Source: Candidatus Eiseniibacteriota bacterium (lineage in GTDB: Bacteria > Eisenbacteria > RBG-16-71-46 > CAZAMP01). From it: a stretch of DNA of 64,000 bases. This document shows positions 20,401 through 29,660 of the stretch, in pieces. A program made the translations under genes and the position numbers. How positions within the stretch are numbered: position 1 is the stretch's first letter; each line of letters begins with the position of its first letter. The notes under the pieces are model-generated. The model ran no database searches. It had not been told where the DNA came from and worked only from the letters and a program-made list of their open reading frames with translations. Location of the stretch: NCBI GenBank assembly GCA_965224245.1, contig OZ245046.1:4288001-4352000 (forward strand), in the 5' to 3' direction.

Positions 20401-20535
20401 GCCGAGCTGCGGTCACCGCTCGCGATCACGGTGGCGTTCGGGCTCACGTTCGGCACGGGGCTGACGCTGATCGTGATCCCGGTGGTCTACGCGATCGTTC
20501 CGGCGGGAGCCGGTCGCACCGAGACGGGCGCCTGA
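17449..20535 (+). CDS. RND efflux permease (AcrB/AcrD/AcrF family), subunit 1
   Basis: LLPDIDYP, P.EIE..VT.P.EEAV, LNIMSLGGL.LGIGMLVDNAIVVLE, GIVVNNAIVLID, RLRPILMT. Confidence 0.95.
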   Translation: MRSLVALAVRRRVTINMIVLMFVVFGAVGYSRLNLDLLPDIDYPSLTVRTEFPNTAPPEIETLVTRPVEEAVGVLRGLERMHSVSRSGLSEVTLAFRWDTDLDAVSLDVREKLDRLTLPDEAEPPIVLRFDPSLDPILRLAVMPPGGIEDARRLVEKRTKTSLETIQGVAAADVMGGLEEEIQIDLDQERMTALGLTLEEVRSLVSTSNVNLPGGALEDVDNRYLIRTINEFDSVEEISQLVVRRRGDSIVRLGDVADVRLGSPDREEITRVDGRECVEIAVFKEGDDNTVQVAKRVRGALEELERELPEGYRMQVLFDQSRFIEQAVGEVRSALVVGGMLAVLVLLAFLRDARSTLIIATSIPVSVITAFVFMYRFDVSLNIMSLGGLTLGIGMLVDNAIVVLESIFRHRRTAPTPARAAIDGTSEVAGAVVAATLTTVAVFLPIVFVEGIAGQLFGDMALTVTLSLLASLAIALTLIPMLSSLGGRPADRADAAPRDPATPPGRDAGAVASLGAFSRGYDRVLRGALRHRWATLGVAVVLLGLAMFGLSRVDTELVPAISEGEIAFEVTLPEGTALAKTDRTIQHAEAALAGDPRVDRYYVRVGSRLVTGGMALNPKAEHLGQLNVVLADRRDETAQAAIADVVRSRFAAIPDAQAREGRPSYFTLETPIEVVLFGDDLDALRAAGDAIAADMRAAGIFVDVRSSMEEGFPELQIVFDRDRLAALGLTTRELSETLRDRVEGDVATRFREADRQIDVRIRNRLQDRDTRNDVANLVVPGPDGAAVRLVTIADIVESRGPAEIHRISQQRAAVITSNLDGVGLGEAVTRLESILAGAALPVDVTSEIAGQNREMKVSFASLRFAIGLAIFLVYLVMAATFESLVHPFVVLFTVPFALIGVAVGLVVTQTPISVIVLIGAIMLVGIVVNNAIVLIDRVNQLRRAGVDKTDAIVRGAHVRLRPILMTTATTVLGLVPMALTFGQGAELRSPLAITVAFGLTFGTGLTLIVIPVVYAIVPAGAGRTETGA

Positions 20536-20613
20536 CCGCGCCGGGAACGTCGCGCGGCACGTCGCCGATCGGCCGCGCGGTCCACCGGAACGCGGGACGA
20601 TCACCCCATCCGG

Positions 20614-23600
20614 CTAAAACCGCCGCGACGGCACCGGCGGCCACTCCGGCTCGCCCACCGACCGGGTCTCGAGCTGCTCCATCGCGATCGCGATCGCGCG
20701 CTCGAGCTGCGGGTCCTTCCCCGCGGCGCTCGACGCCGGGTCCATGTCGACCTCGACGTCCGGATCCACCCCGTAGTTCTCGATGTTCCAGCCCGGTCCA
20801 TCGAAGTAGCACGAGAACTCCGGCTGGGTGACCGTCGTCCCGTCGGCGAGGAGGAAGTCGACGTTGATGCCGATCACGCCACCCCAGGTACGCTTGCCCA
20901 CGAGCGTGCCGATCTCGTACGCCTTGAACGCATGGCTGAAGATGTCCCCATCGGAGCCCGCGAACTGATCGCAGAGCGCGACGATCGGTCCGCGCACCGT
21001 ATCCGCCGGATAGGTCTCCGGCCTCCCGTACCGCGGGCGCTCCCACCCGATCACCCGCCGGCGAAGCCGCTCGATGATCAGCTGGGAGACGAAGCCGCCC
21101 CCGTTGCTCCGCGCGTCGACGATGAGCCCGTCGCGCCGGGATTCCGTGCGAAACGACCGCAGGAACTCCGAGAGCCCGAGCCCGCTCATGTTGGGAACGT
21201 GCACGTAGCCGAGGCGTCCGTCCGATGCCTCGGCCACCGCGCGCCGCGTCCGCCGGACCCAGTCGCGATAGCGAAGCCGCTTCTCGGACGCGAGCGTCCG
21301 GACGTCCACGCGCCGTCGCTCTCCGCCGCCGGCCGGCTCCAGCACGATCTCGACGTCGGTCGCCGCGGCGTGCACGAGGAGCCGACGCGGGTCGTCGCGC
21401 TCGGAGACGGCGTGGCCGGCCACGCCCACGATCCGATCCCCCACCTCGGCCCGGACGCCGGGCGCGCCGAGCGGCGAGCTCACGTCGGGATCCCACGGGT
21501 CTCCCTCGAGGAAGCGATCGATCCGGTACCCCGTCCCGTCCCAGGTCGTCTCCACGCCGAGGAGCCCGACCGGATACGCCTTGCGGGCCGGATAGTCGCC
21601 GCCCCACTCGTACGCGTGAGACGTGCCCAGCTCACCCTGCATCTCCCAGATCACGTCGGAGAGCTCGGCGCGCGTCGTGACGCGACTCACCAGCGGCAGG
21701 TAGCGCTCGCGGATGTCGTCCCAGTCCACCTCGGCCATGTTCTCGGCCCAGAAGTGCGTTCGCTGGAGGCGCCACGCCTCCTCGAACATCTGACGCCACT
21801 CGTCGCCCGGCACCACGTCCACGCGGAGCCGATCCAGATCGATCGTGCCGCTCTGCCGCGAGTGCCCCGGATGCGGCGGCTCCTTGGGTGGCTCCTCGCC
21901 GGTCTCCAGCAGGTACAGCTCCTCCTCGGCGAGGGCCAGCGTCCGGCCGGCCCGCACGTCGATCGCCTTCACCGCGTCGATCAACGTGGAGAGCTTGCCG
22001 GTCCGGAGCTCGTAGCATTCGAGCGACGGCTTCAGATCGTGGTCCAGGTCGTCCTCGTCGCGCTCGTGATCGAGGAGCCCCAGGATCGGCCAGGATCGGA
22101 AGACCAGCTTGTCGTCATCGACGTGGAGATCCCCGTAGTCGCCCGGATGCACGTGGGGGCACACGGCCATGCGCGACTCGAGTCCCTCGAGATCCACCCG
22201 GATCGGCTCGACCTCGGCGTCCGCGTCGCCACCGGTCTCCGATCCGGACGCGGACTTGCCGCGGCCGTGGTCCTTGTCCGACTCGTCGCTCTTGTCCTTC
22301 TCCTCGCTCTCCAGCACCTCGCGCCAGCGGTCGTCGAACGGCGAGATCTGATCCGACGCCAGCACGTACGCGTAGATGCGCGACGACTGGACGCACGCGG
22401 TGGCGAAGGACGAGCTGTCGATCGCCGGGTTGAAGGTCCGCTCCGAGACGACGAACAGGAACCGTCCCTTCGGGTCGAACGCGGGGGAGTGCGTGGGCAC
22501 GTCGTCGTCGTTCAGACGGATCGAGCGCCCGGTCGCGATCTCGAGCAGATGCGCCCGCCCGCCCTCGACCAGCCAGGAGATCGGCTCGACGTACGCGAGC
22601 CAGGCCCCGTCGGGCGAGAACGCCACGTCGTGGATCGGTCCCGTCCGCGGATCGGCGAGGACGCTCGCGGCGTCGGGGTTGTCGACGTCGGCGTAGAAGA
22701 GCTTGCCGGACACGTCGGTCGCCGCGACCGCGCGCCGGGCCGGGCATGCGTAGAGCGCCTTCAACCGCTTGCTTCCCGGCAGGACGAAGCGGCGGCGGCA
22801 CTCGCCGGTGGCCACGTCGTGCAGCTCGATGCCTTCCTCGCCGCCGGCATCGGACATCACCGCGATCTCCTCACCGCCGGTGATCCAGACCGCCTCGCGA
22901 TAACGAACGCCCGATGCCTCGCCGACGCGCCGGACGGCGCCCCCCCACGCCGCCGCGGTGACGCACTTGCCGCGCACCACGGCCGCCAGATGCTTGCCGT
23001 CGGGTGAGAGCGCGAGGTGCTGGAGCTGCGTGTGCGGATCCACGAACTTCCGCTGGAGCTGCGTACCGCTCGGCGCGGCATTCAGCTCGACGAGCGAGTC
23101 CTGGCCGCTCCGGGTGTCGTAGCGACGGATCCGCCCGCCGTGCTGATACACGAGCGTCGCGCCATGTCGCTTCAGGTGTCGCGCGTAGAAGTCACGATGC
23201 CGGGTGTGCTGGGTCAGATCGTTCCCGTCCGACGTGCAGGACCAGAGGTTGCCGTAGCCGTCCGAGTCGTCGATGACGTACACGCGATCACCGCAGAACG
23301 TGGGCAGCACCGGGTTGCCGTCGACCTCGATCAGGCGCGAGAACTGCTGCTCGCGAAGCGAGCCGATCCACACGTCACCGGCGGTGCCGCCCCGATAGCG
23401 CTTCCAGCGGGCGGAATCGGTCGCGTTGAGCCCGAGGACGACGCGGTCTCCATCGGTCGTCTCGTCGAAGGAGATGTGCATCGCCCGCCCGACCGGAATG
23501 CGCGTGCAGCCGGTGCCGTCGATCCGGATCGTATACAGGTGGCGATCGCTCCGGAGCGCGCCGCCGCGCCCGGAGCCGTACACGATCGTGTCGTCGCTCC

Positions 23601-23877
23601 GGAAGCCGATCACGGTGGAGGCGTCGGCCTCGTACGTGACGCGCTGCGGCACACCGCCGGTCACCGGACATACGAACACCTCGACGGGTCCCTCCGCGTT
23701 GCTCTGGAACGCGATCAGCGACCCGTCGGGTGAGAAGGCCGGATGCTCGACCCGGCCGAACCCGGACGTGAGACGGCGTGCGTCGCCGCCCTCGGCCGGC
23801 GCGACCCACAGGTCGTCTTCGGCCACGAAGGCGATGTGTCGGTCCGAGAGGGCCGGAAAGCGAAGATAGAGGGACAT
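20614..23877 (-). CDS. Tricorn protease (S41B) with beta-propellers and PDZ domain
   Basis: Start MSLYLRFP after SD GGAG. F.AEDDLW, WKRYRGG.AGDVW, GELGTSHAYE (catalytic His), D.R.NGGG.VS, AGSDGDIF (catalytic Ser), GKRTWGGV.G. Confidence 0.95.
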   Translation of the reverse strand: MSLYLRFPALSDRHIAFVAEDDLWVAPAEGGDARRLTSGFGRVEHPAFSPDGSLIAFQSNAEGPVEVFVCPVTGGVPQRVTYEADASTVIGFRSDDTIVYGSGRGGALRSDRHLYTIRIDGTGCTRIPVGRAMHISFDETTDGDRVVLGLNATDSARWKRYRGGTAGDVWIGSLREQQFSRLIEVDGNPVLPTFCGDRVYVIDDSDGYGNLWSCTSDGNDLTQHTRHRDFYARHLKRHGATLVYQHGGRIRRYDTRSGQDSLVELNAAPSGTQLQRKFVDPHTQLQHLALSPDGKHLAAVVRGKCVTAAAWGGAVRRVGEASGVRYREAVWITGGEEIAVMSDAGGEEGIELHDVATGECRRRFVLPGSKRLKALYACPARRAVAATDVSGKLFYADVDNPDAASVLADPRTGPIHDVAFSPDGAWLAYVEPISWLVEGGRAHLLEIATGRSIRLNDDDVPTHSPAFDPKGRFLFVVSERTFNPAIDSSSFATACVQSSRIYAYVLASDQISPFDDRWREVLESEEKDKSDESDKDHGRGKSASGSETGGDADAEVEPIRVDLEGLESRMAVCPHVHPGDYGDLHVDDDKLVFRSWPILGLLDHERDEDDLDHDLKPSLECYELRTGKLSTLIDAVKAIDVRAGRTLALAEEELYLLETGEEPPKEPPHPGHSRQSGTIDLDRLRVDVVPGDEWRQMFEEAWRLQRTHFWAENMAEVDWDDIRERYLPLVSRVTTRAELSDVIWEMQGELGTSHAYEWGGDYPARKAYPVGLLGVETTWDGTGYRIDRFLEGDPWDPDVSSPLGAPGVRAEVGDRIVGVAGHAVSERDDPRRLLVHAAATDVEIVLEPAGGGERRRVDVRTLASEKRLRYRDWVRRTRRAVAEASDGRLGYVHVPNMSGLGLSEFLRSFRTESRRDGLIVDARSNGGGFVSQLIIERLRRRVIGWERPRYGRPETYPADTVRGPIVALCDQFAGSDGDIFSHAFKAYEIGTLVGKRTWGGVIGINVDFLLADGTTVTQPEFSCYFDGPGWNIENYGVDPDVEVDMDPASSAAGKDPQLERAIAIAMEQLETRSVGEPEWPPVPSRRF

Positions 23878-24099
23878 GAGAGATCTCCAGCATCGTCGGG
23901 AAGCGCGACCTGTCGAGGCGGCGCGAGAATGTCGGGACTTGGAGGCCGACAAGGATACTCCCTCCGGCCTCGGCGGCACATCCCGAAAGGGCGATCGTCC
24001 CTCCCTGGATCGTCCGGGACCGCTCGAGCGACCGCCGAAGCGGCGCGCCCGCCGGATGGCGGCTGGTCCAGGATCACCGACCTCTGTAGACTACGGCGC

Positions 24100-27000
24100 A
24101 TGACGCTTCCCGAGATCGCGATCAAACGCCCCGTCACGATGCTGATGGTGCTGGTGAGCCTCTTCGTCCTGGGAGGCGTGGCACTCGTGCGCCTGCCGCT
24201 GGCGTTCCTCCCGGACTACGTCGAGCCCCAGCTCTTCGTGGTGGCTCCGTATCCGGGCGCGTCGCCGAAGCAGGTCGAGCGGACCATCGTCCGCCCGCTC
24301 GAGGAGGCCCTGGGCACGCTCTCGGGGCTCCGCGAGATGCGATCGTGGTGCAGCGGCGACATGGGACGCGTCAGCCTCGAGTTCGAGCACTGGCGCGACG
24401 TCCGCGCCGCCCACATCGAGGTCCGCGAGCGCATCGATCGCGCCAGGGGCGAGCTGCCCGACGACGTGGGCGACATCACGATCTCCGGCAGCTGGGACTC
24501 CGGCGAGGCGGAGCGACCGATCCTCGAGGCGCGCGTCGCATCGACGCGCGATCTGAGCGAGAGCTACGACCTCATCGAGCGGAAGATCGTCCGACCGCTG
24601 GAGCGGATCCCCGGGGTGGCGCAGGTCGGCCTCGACGGCGTGAATCCGAAGGAGGTGCGGATCAACCTGCGCCCGCGCGACGTGGCCGCTCACGGGCTCG
24701 ACGTGCGCGACGCGCTGTCGGTCCTGCTCGACAACAACCAGGACCTGAGCCTGGGACACGTGGGCGACGAGGAGCAGACGTTCGCCCTGCGGGCGATCGG
24801 GACGTTTCGTTCGGTCGAGGAGATCGGCGCGCTCCCCATCCGCGAGGACGGGCTCCGCCTCTCGGACATCGCGGACGTTCGCTACGAGGAGCCACCGCTC
24901 GAGCACGCCCGGCACCTCGACGGCGAGTTCGCGGTGGGGCTCACGATCAGCCAGGAGGCGAACGCCAACACGGTGGCGATCTGCGACGAGGTCTCCCGGC
25001 GGGTTCGCGCGATGGGCGACGATCCCGAGCTCCAGGGCGTCAACCTCCTCGTGTGGTCCGATCAGGGCGCCGAGATCCGGAACACGCTGGAGAGCCTCTT
25101 CGCCTCGGGCGTGTTCGGCGCCGCCCTGGCGTCGATCGTGCTGTTCGCGTTCCTCCGGCGTGTGACCAGCACGGCGGTGGCCGTGGCCAGCATCCCGTTC
25201 TCGCTGATCGTGGCCTGCGGCGTCCTCTGGTCCCAGGGACGGACGCTCAACACGATCACGCTTCTCGGGCTCATCGTCGGCATCGGCATGCTGGTCGACA
25301 ACGCCGTGGTGGTGATGGAGAACATCTTCCGCCACCAGGAACGCGGTCTGGATCGGGCGACCGCGGCCCGCCTGGGATCGCGCGAGGTGTCCACGGCCGT
25401 GATCGCGGCCACGTTGACGTCGGTGATCGCGTTCGTGCCGATGCTGTTCAATCGCCCGTCCGAGATGAGCGTGATCCTGCGCGAGCTGGCGATCACGGTG
25501 GGCGTCACGCTGCTGGCGTCGCTCTTCGTGAGCCAGACGCTGATCCCGCTGGCGATCGCCCACCTGCCGGCCGGCTCGCGGCCCCGGCGCGGCTGGCGCA
25601 CGCGCGCGATGGAACGCGGCTACTCGCGCATCCTGGCCTTCAGCCTGCGCCGCCGGTGGGTCGGCGTCGCGCTCGGGCTGGCGGTCACGGCCTCGGGCAT
25701 CTTCCCCGCCCTTCGCGTCGATCTGAACATGGACACGAACGAGGCCGAGATGTTCGTCACCGTCCGCTACGACTTCTCCGAGGAGCTGAGTCTCGACCGC
25801 AAGGAGCAGGTGGTCTCCCGGGTCGAGAACGCGCTCGATCCGCACCGCGAGGAGATGTCGGCCAAGTCGATCTACAGCTTCTGGAGCGAGAACTTCGCCA
25901 TCACCCGCGTCTACCTGGAGGACGGCAGCGTGAACGAGCGCGAGATCGCGCGGGTGCGCGCGGCGCTCCGGCCGCTCTTGCCCGAGCTTCCCGGCGTGCG
26001 CCTGGAGGTCATGGACTCCGGACCGTTCTGGCGCCGCGACCGGGGCAAGCGGGTGGCGTTTCAGATCTACGGCGAGGACTCCGACGTGATCGCCGATCTG
26101 GCCGAGAAGGCCAAGGACCGCCTCCGCGAGATCGACGGCCTCGTGGAGCCGTTCTCCAGCGCCGAGGGCGGCAGCGACGAGCTGCACGTCGAGCTGGATC
26201 GAGAGCGCGCGCTCGCGTTCGGCATCCCGTTTCGGCAGCCCTCGGACGTCGTCGGTCTGACGTTCCGCGGACGCTCGCTGCCCAAGTACCGTGGGGACGG
26301 CAACGAGCGCGAGATGCGTCTCCTCCTGGACGAGCGCGAGACCGCGACGCTGAGCCAGCTCGAGAACCTGCCGCTCGAGAACCGGGACGGCGAGACGATC
26401 CCGCTGGCCTCGATCGCCACGTTCGAGGTGCGATCGGGCCCCTCGCGCGTGATGCGCGAGGACCGGCTCACCAGCGTCTGGGTCGGGGCGCGCTACGACG
26501 AGGGCACGCGGCGCGACTATCTGCCGCAGGTGGAGGCCGCCCTCGCCACCCTGGAGTTCCCCGACGGATACGGCTGGACGATGTCCCGGACCGACGAGCG
26601 GAAACGCCGTCAATCGACGGAGTTCGTGACCAACCTGTCGCTGGCGCTCCTGTTGATCTTCGCGGTCATGGCCAGCCTCTTCGAGAGCGTGCGCCAGGCG
26701 GTGGGACTGATGGTGTCGCTGCCGTTCGCGATCTCCGGCGCGGCGTGGACGCTCTATCTGACCGGCACCGACTTCGATCAGCCGGCCGCCGTCGGTCTCC
26801 TGGTGCTGATCGGCGTGGTCGTGAACAACGGCATCGTCATGCTGGAGCACGTGAACACGTACCGGCGCGCCGGACGCTCACGAACGCACGCGATCATGCG
26901 AGGGGGTCGCGAGCGACTCCGCCCGATCCTCATGACCACGCTGACCACGCTCATCAGCCTCACCCCGATCGTCGTCCAGCGGCCGGCGCTGGCCGGCGTG

Positions 27001-27183
27001 TACTACTACTCGATGGCGCTGGTGATCATGGGCGGGCTCCTGGTCTCGACCGTGCTGACGCTGTTCGTCCTGCCCACGAGCACGATCCTGGCCGAGGACA
27101 TCCCGGCCGGACTGGCCCGGCTCATCGGCGGTGTGTTCCGGCGGGGGCTCCGGCGCCCGATCCCCGAGGCCGGGGCCCGGTGA
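24100..27183 (+). CDS. RND efflux permease (AcrB family), subunit 2
   Basis: MTLPEIAIKRPV, PYPGASP..VE..I..PLEEAL, GIGMLVDNAVVVMENI, GVVVNNGIV, RLRPILMT. Confidence 0.95.
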   Translation: MTLPEIAIKRPVTMLMVLVSLFVLGGVALVRLPLAFLPDYVEPQLFVVAPYPGASPKQVERTIVRPLEEALGTLSGLREMRSWCSGDMGRVSLEFEHWRDVRAAHIEVRERIDRARGELPDDVGDITISGSWDSGEAERPILEARVASTRDLSESYDLIERKIVRPLERIPGVAQVGLDGVNPKEVRINLRPRDVAAHGLDVRDALSVLLDNNQDLSLGHVGDEEQTFALRAIGTFRSVEEIGALPIREDGLRLSDIADVRYEEPPLEHARHLDGEFAVGLTISQEANANTVAICDEVSRRVRAMGDDPELQGVNLLVWSDQGAEIRNTLESLFASGVFGAALASIVLFAFLRRVTSTAVAVASIPFSLIVACGVLWSQGRTLNTITLLGLIVGIGMLVDNAVVVMENIFRHQERGLDRATAARLGSREVSTAVIAATLTSVIAFVPMLFNRPSEMSVILRELAITVGVTLLASLFVSQTLIPLAIAHLPAGSRPRRGWRTRAMERGYSRILAFSLRRRWVGVALGLAVTASGIFPALRVDLNMDTNEAEMFVTVRYDFSEELSLDRKEQVVSRVENALDPHREEMSAKSIYSFWSENFAITRVYLEDGSVNEREIARVRAALRPLLPELPGVRLEVMDSGPFWRRDRGKRVAFQIYGEDSDVIADLAEKAKDRLREIDGLVEPFSSAEGGSDELHVELDRERALAFGIPFRQPSDVVGLTFRGRSLPKYRGDGNEREMRLLLDERETATLSQLENLPLENRDGETIPLASIATFEVRSGPSRVMREDRLTSVWVGARYDEGTRRDYLPQVEAALATLEFPDGYGWTMSRTDERKRRQSTEFVTNLSLALLLIFAVMASLFESVRQAVGLMVSLPFAISGAAWTLYLTGTDFDQPAAVGLLVLIGVVVNNGIVMLEHVNTYRRAGRSRTHAIMRGGRERLRPILMTTLTTLISLTPIVVQRPALAGVYYYSMALVIMGGLLVSTVLTLFVLPTSTILAEDIPAGLARLIGGVFRRGLRRPIPEAGAR

Positions 27184-27220
27184 GTAGCCGTCCGTCGACC
27201 CACTCCATGCCGGGACGTCC

Positions 27221-28156
27221 ATGAGCGAGCCCGCTCCGCTTCGCATCGATCTCGACCAGCCGCGCCGCGGGTATCGCGAGTTCATCAGCGCGTGGCTCGT
27301 CGTGCGGGACGACGTGCGGTATGTGGTCGACCCGGGGCCGACGTCCACCATCCCGCATCTGATCGAGCGAACCCGGGCGCAGACAGAGCGGCTGGATCTC
27401 GTCCTCCTCACCCACATCCACATCGATCACGCGGGTGGCACGGGGGCGGTCGTCTCGGCGTTTCCCGGGTGCAAGGTCGCGTGTCTGCCGCGTGCGCGGG
27501 CGCACCTCGTGGATCCGTCGCGGCTCTGGGCCGGATCGCGCGCGGTGCTCGGCGACGTGGCCGACATGTACGGTCCCATCCTGCCCGTACCCGAGGACGC
27601 CTTCGCCGGTGACGACGACCTCGAGCGGCGCTCGCTCGTGATGATCCCGACGCCCGGGCATGCCCCGCACCACGTCGCGTTCCGTGACGGGGGCCGCGTC
27701 TTCGTGGGCGAGGCGCTGGGCACGCGCGCCGGCACCGCGAGCGGAATCTACCGCCGGCCGGCCACGCCGCCGCGGTTCGAGCGGGAGGTCGCGCTCGCGT
27801 CGATCGATCGGATCGGCGCGCTGGAGGACGTTGAGCGGTTTCACTTCGGGCACCACGGCGAGGAGGCGCTCGGCGACGGCGCCGTCGCGGCCGCGCGCGA
27901 TCAGCTCCGGCGGTGGACGGACGTCGTGCGGCGCGTGCTCGCGGACGGGGGCTCGGGATCGGGTCAGGGATCCGGTGGCGGACCGGACGGCTGGACGTCC
28001 CGGTGTCGCGACGCGCTCCTCGCGAGCGACCCCGATTTCGCGCGGCTCACCGAGCTCGACGACGACGTCCGGGAGCGTGAGGAGACGTTCGTCGTGAACT
28101 CGCTGACGGGCATGCGGGGATGGGTGGAATCGGTCCGGTCAGGGGAATCGGACTGA
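27221..28156 (+). CDS. Metallo-beta-lactamase-fold hydrolase
   Basis: VDPGP, LTHIHIDHAGG, TPGHAPHH, FVGEA, FGH. Confidence 0.9.
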   Translation: MSEPAPLRIDLDQPRRGYREFISAWLVVRDDVRYVVDPGPTSTIPHLIERTRAQTERLDLVLLTHIHIDHAGGTGAVVSAFPGCKVACLPRARAHLVDPSRLWAGSRAVLGDVADMYGPILPVPEDAFAGDDDLERRSLVMIPTPGHAPHHVAFRDGGRVFVGEALGTRAGTASGIYRRPATPPRFEREVALASIDRIGALEDVERFHFGHHGEEALGDGAVAAARDQLRRWTDVVRRVLADGGSGSGQGSGGGPDGWTSRCRDALLASDPDFARLTELDDDVREREETFVVNSLTGMRGWVESVRSGESD

Positions 28157-28371
28157 ACAAAGCCGCCGATCTGACCCTGTCGAGGCCTCACAGTGCTCCG
28201 GGCTGGTGGGCGGGCTTTGCTGAAGCTCATCCGGAATCGCGGGGTGGCGGAGTTCGTCTCGAGACCTCGACGTCGAACGTCGAGCCTCGTTCGCGCGTCG
28301 GCGGCTCTGCGCTCGCCGCTCCCGCCGGATGCCGGAGGTGGTGATCGTACCCGGGTATCGGGGACAATGCG

Positions 28372-28494
28372 GGGCGCTGGGTGCTCGGTGCTGGGCGCTG
28401 GGTGCTGGGCGCTGGGTGCTGGGCGCTGGGTGCTCGGCGCGGGCGCTGGGTGCTCCACGCGGGCGCTGGGCGCTCGGCGCGGGCGCTGGGCGCC
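28372..28494. repeat. Intergenic heptamer tandem repeat (GGGYGCT)n
   Basis: Nine consecutive 7-mers from 28372, then three 20-bp units (6+7+7). Confidence 0.9.
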
Positions 28495-28631
28495 GGGGCA
28501 CCCGGCTCGACGGTGATCGGCGATGCGGTCGTGCCTCGGGACGTCGCCGACTCGCGCGCGAACGTCTCCAGTGCGGCGGGTCAGAGCGCGGGCCGGAGTG
28601 TGTTAAAGTATTGTCACGTATTGATTTATGC

Positions 28632-28660
28632 TTGACTTCGCCCGGCCGTTCCGGTAGTCT
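28632..28660 (+). promoter_or_regulatory. Sigma70-type promoter for the HNH gene, preceded by an AT-rich tract
   Basis: TTGACT (28632-28637), 17-nt spacer, TAGTCT (28655-28660). Upstream tract TTAAAGTATTGTCACGTATTGATTTAT is conspicuous in GC-rich DNA. Confidence 0.7.
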
Positions 28661-28915
28661 TCTCACGTCGATCAGCCCCAGATCGACGGACCTCTCCCCC
28701 GCGGTGGATCGAGCAGTTGCCAGTTCCTTCGCCGCGCACGCCCCGGGCGATGGCGTTCACCGGTCGATCTCCGTCAGCGCCGATTGATGACGCGGCGCCG
28801 TGCGATCGGATCGGCCGGTCGTCCGAGGCTCAACACCGTCGACTGAGGGGTGCATCATGCGGGTATCCAGGTCCGAGCCATCGCGTGTCGCGAACGTGTC
28901 CCGCACGAACACGAG

Positions 28916-29032
28916 CCGTCTCCAGGGGGCGGACGTTCGGAGCGACGCGCGCTCCCGTCTTCAGGGGACGGACGTTCGGAACAACGCGCGCTCCCGTCTT
29001 CAGGGGACGGACGCTCGGCGCGAGGCGCGCTC
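28916..29032 (+). repeat. 3 x 39-bp tandem repeat (13-aa SRLQG(A/T)D(V/A)R..AR)
   Basis: Units start at 28916, 28955 and 28994 (CCGTCT[C/T]CAGGGG[G/A]CGGACG...GCGCGCTC). No spacers. Confidence 0.9.
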
Positions 29033-29447
29033 GCGTCGCGCCTGCCGGCGGCTGGAGCGCGTGCGACGTCTGGAAGGCCGCGCCAGCGTCGCGGTCGCGC
29101 TGTCGTTCGCCGAGATCGACGCCGAGCACCACTACCGCGTGCTCGGCTTCACCTCGATGCTGGCGTACGCGACCGAGCGACTGGAGATGTCGGCGTCGCG
29201 GTGTCATCAGCTGCGGGGGCTGTCCGAGCGGATGCGGGAGTTCCCGGCGCTCCGCGACGCGATGGCGTCGGGCCGGCTGAGCTGGACGAAGGCGCGCGCG
29301 ATCGCGCCGATCCTGACCGCCTCGTCCGCGGATGCGTGGATCGGGCTGGCGTCGCGTCTGTCGCGTCGGGAGCTGGAGCAGCGGATCGCGGACGCCCGGG
29401 CGGCGGCGCGGCGGGCGGTCGGTGGCGCGGCCCAGGAGACGATCCGG

Positions 29448-29660
29448 GTCGATCCGGCGGCGGTGGCCGACTCGGCGACGGTGGCGGACTCCACCGCGGT
29501 GGTCGATTCCGCCACCGTCGTCGAACCTGCCACGGTCGGCTCCACCGCGGTGGTCGACTCCGCCGCGGTGGTCGACCCTGCCGCGGTGGTCGACTGCGCT
29601 ACCCCGGTCGACCCAGCCGGGGTGCTCGACGCCGCCGCGAAGGTCGGCGATGCCGCCGCG
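29448..29660 (+). repeat. Degenerate 18-bp tandem repeat encoding (V/A)D(S/P)(A/T)(A/T)V hexapeptides
   Basis: VDPAAV-ADSATV-ADSTAV-VDSATV-VEPATV...VDSAAV-VDPAAV in the HNH gene linker. Confidence 0.8.

Noticed and set aside
17215-27224. Long alternative-frame ORFs (17215-20397, 20932-23007, 24091-26850, 24345-27224; similarly 51783-54440 and 55831-58467)
   Set aside because: They overlap well-supported genes, lack motifs, and are expected from stop-codon scarcity in high-GC DNA.
28151-28225. attC-like sequence after the MBL gene stop (TGAACAAAGCC...CTGAC...GGCCTCACAG)
   Set aside because: No matching GTTRRRY R' box, poor pairing of the arms, and no integrase or second site. At most a decayed relic or a plain stem.
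28598-28630. dif/Xer or IHF site in the AT-rich tract (GTGTGTTAAAG resembles a XerD arm)
   Set aside because: No XerC arm at the right spacing and only a partial IHF match. More simply an UP-element or regulator site of the adjacent promoter.
28916-29032. 39-bp repeats, and the 27-bp repeats at 30486-30559, as a CRISPR-like array
   Set aside because: Units are directly adjacent with no unique spacers, the 39-mers are in-frame coding repeats, and there are no cas genes in the window.
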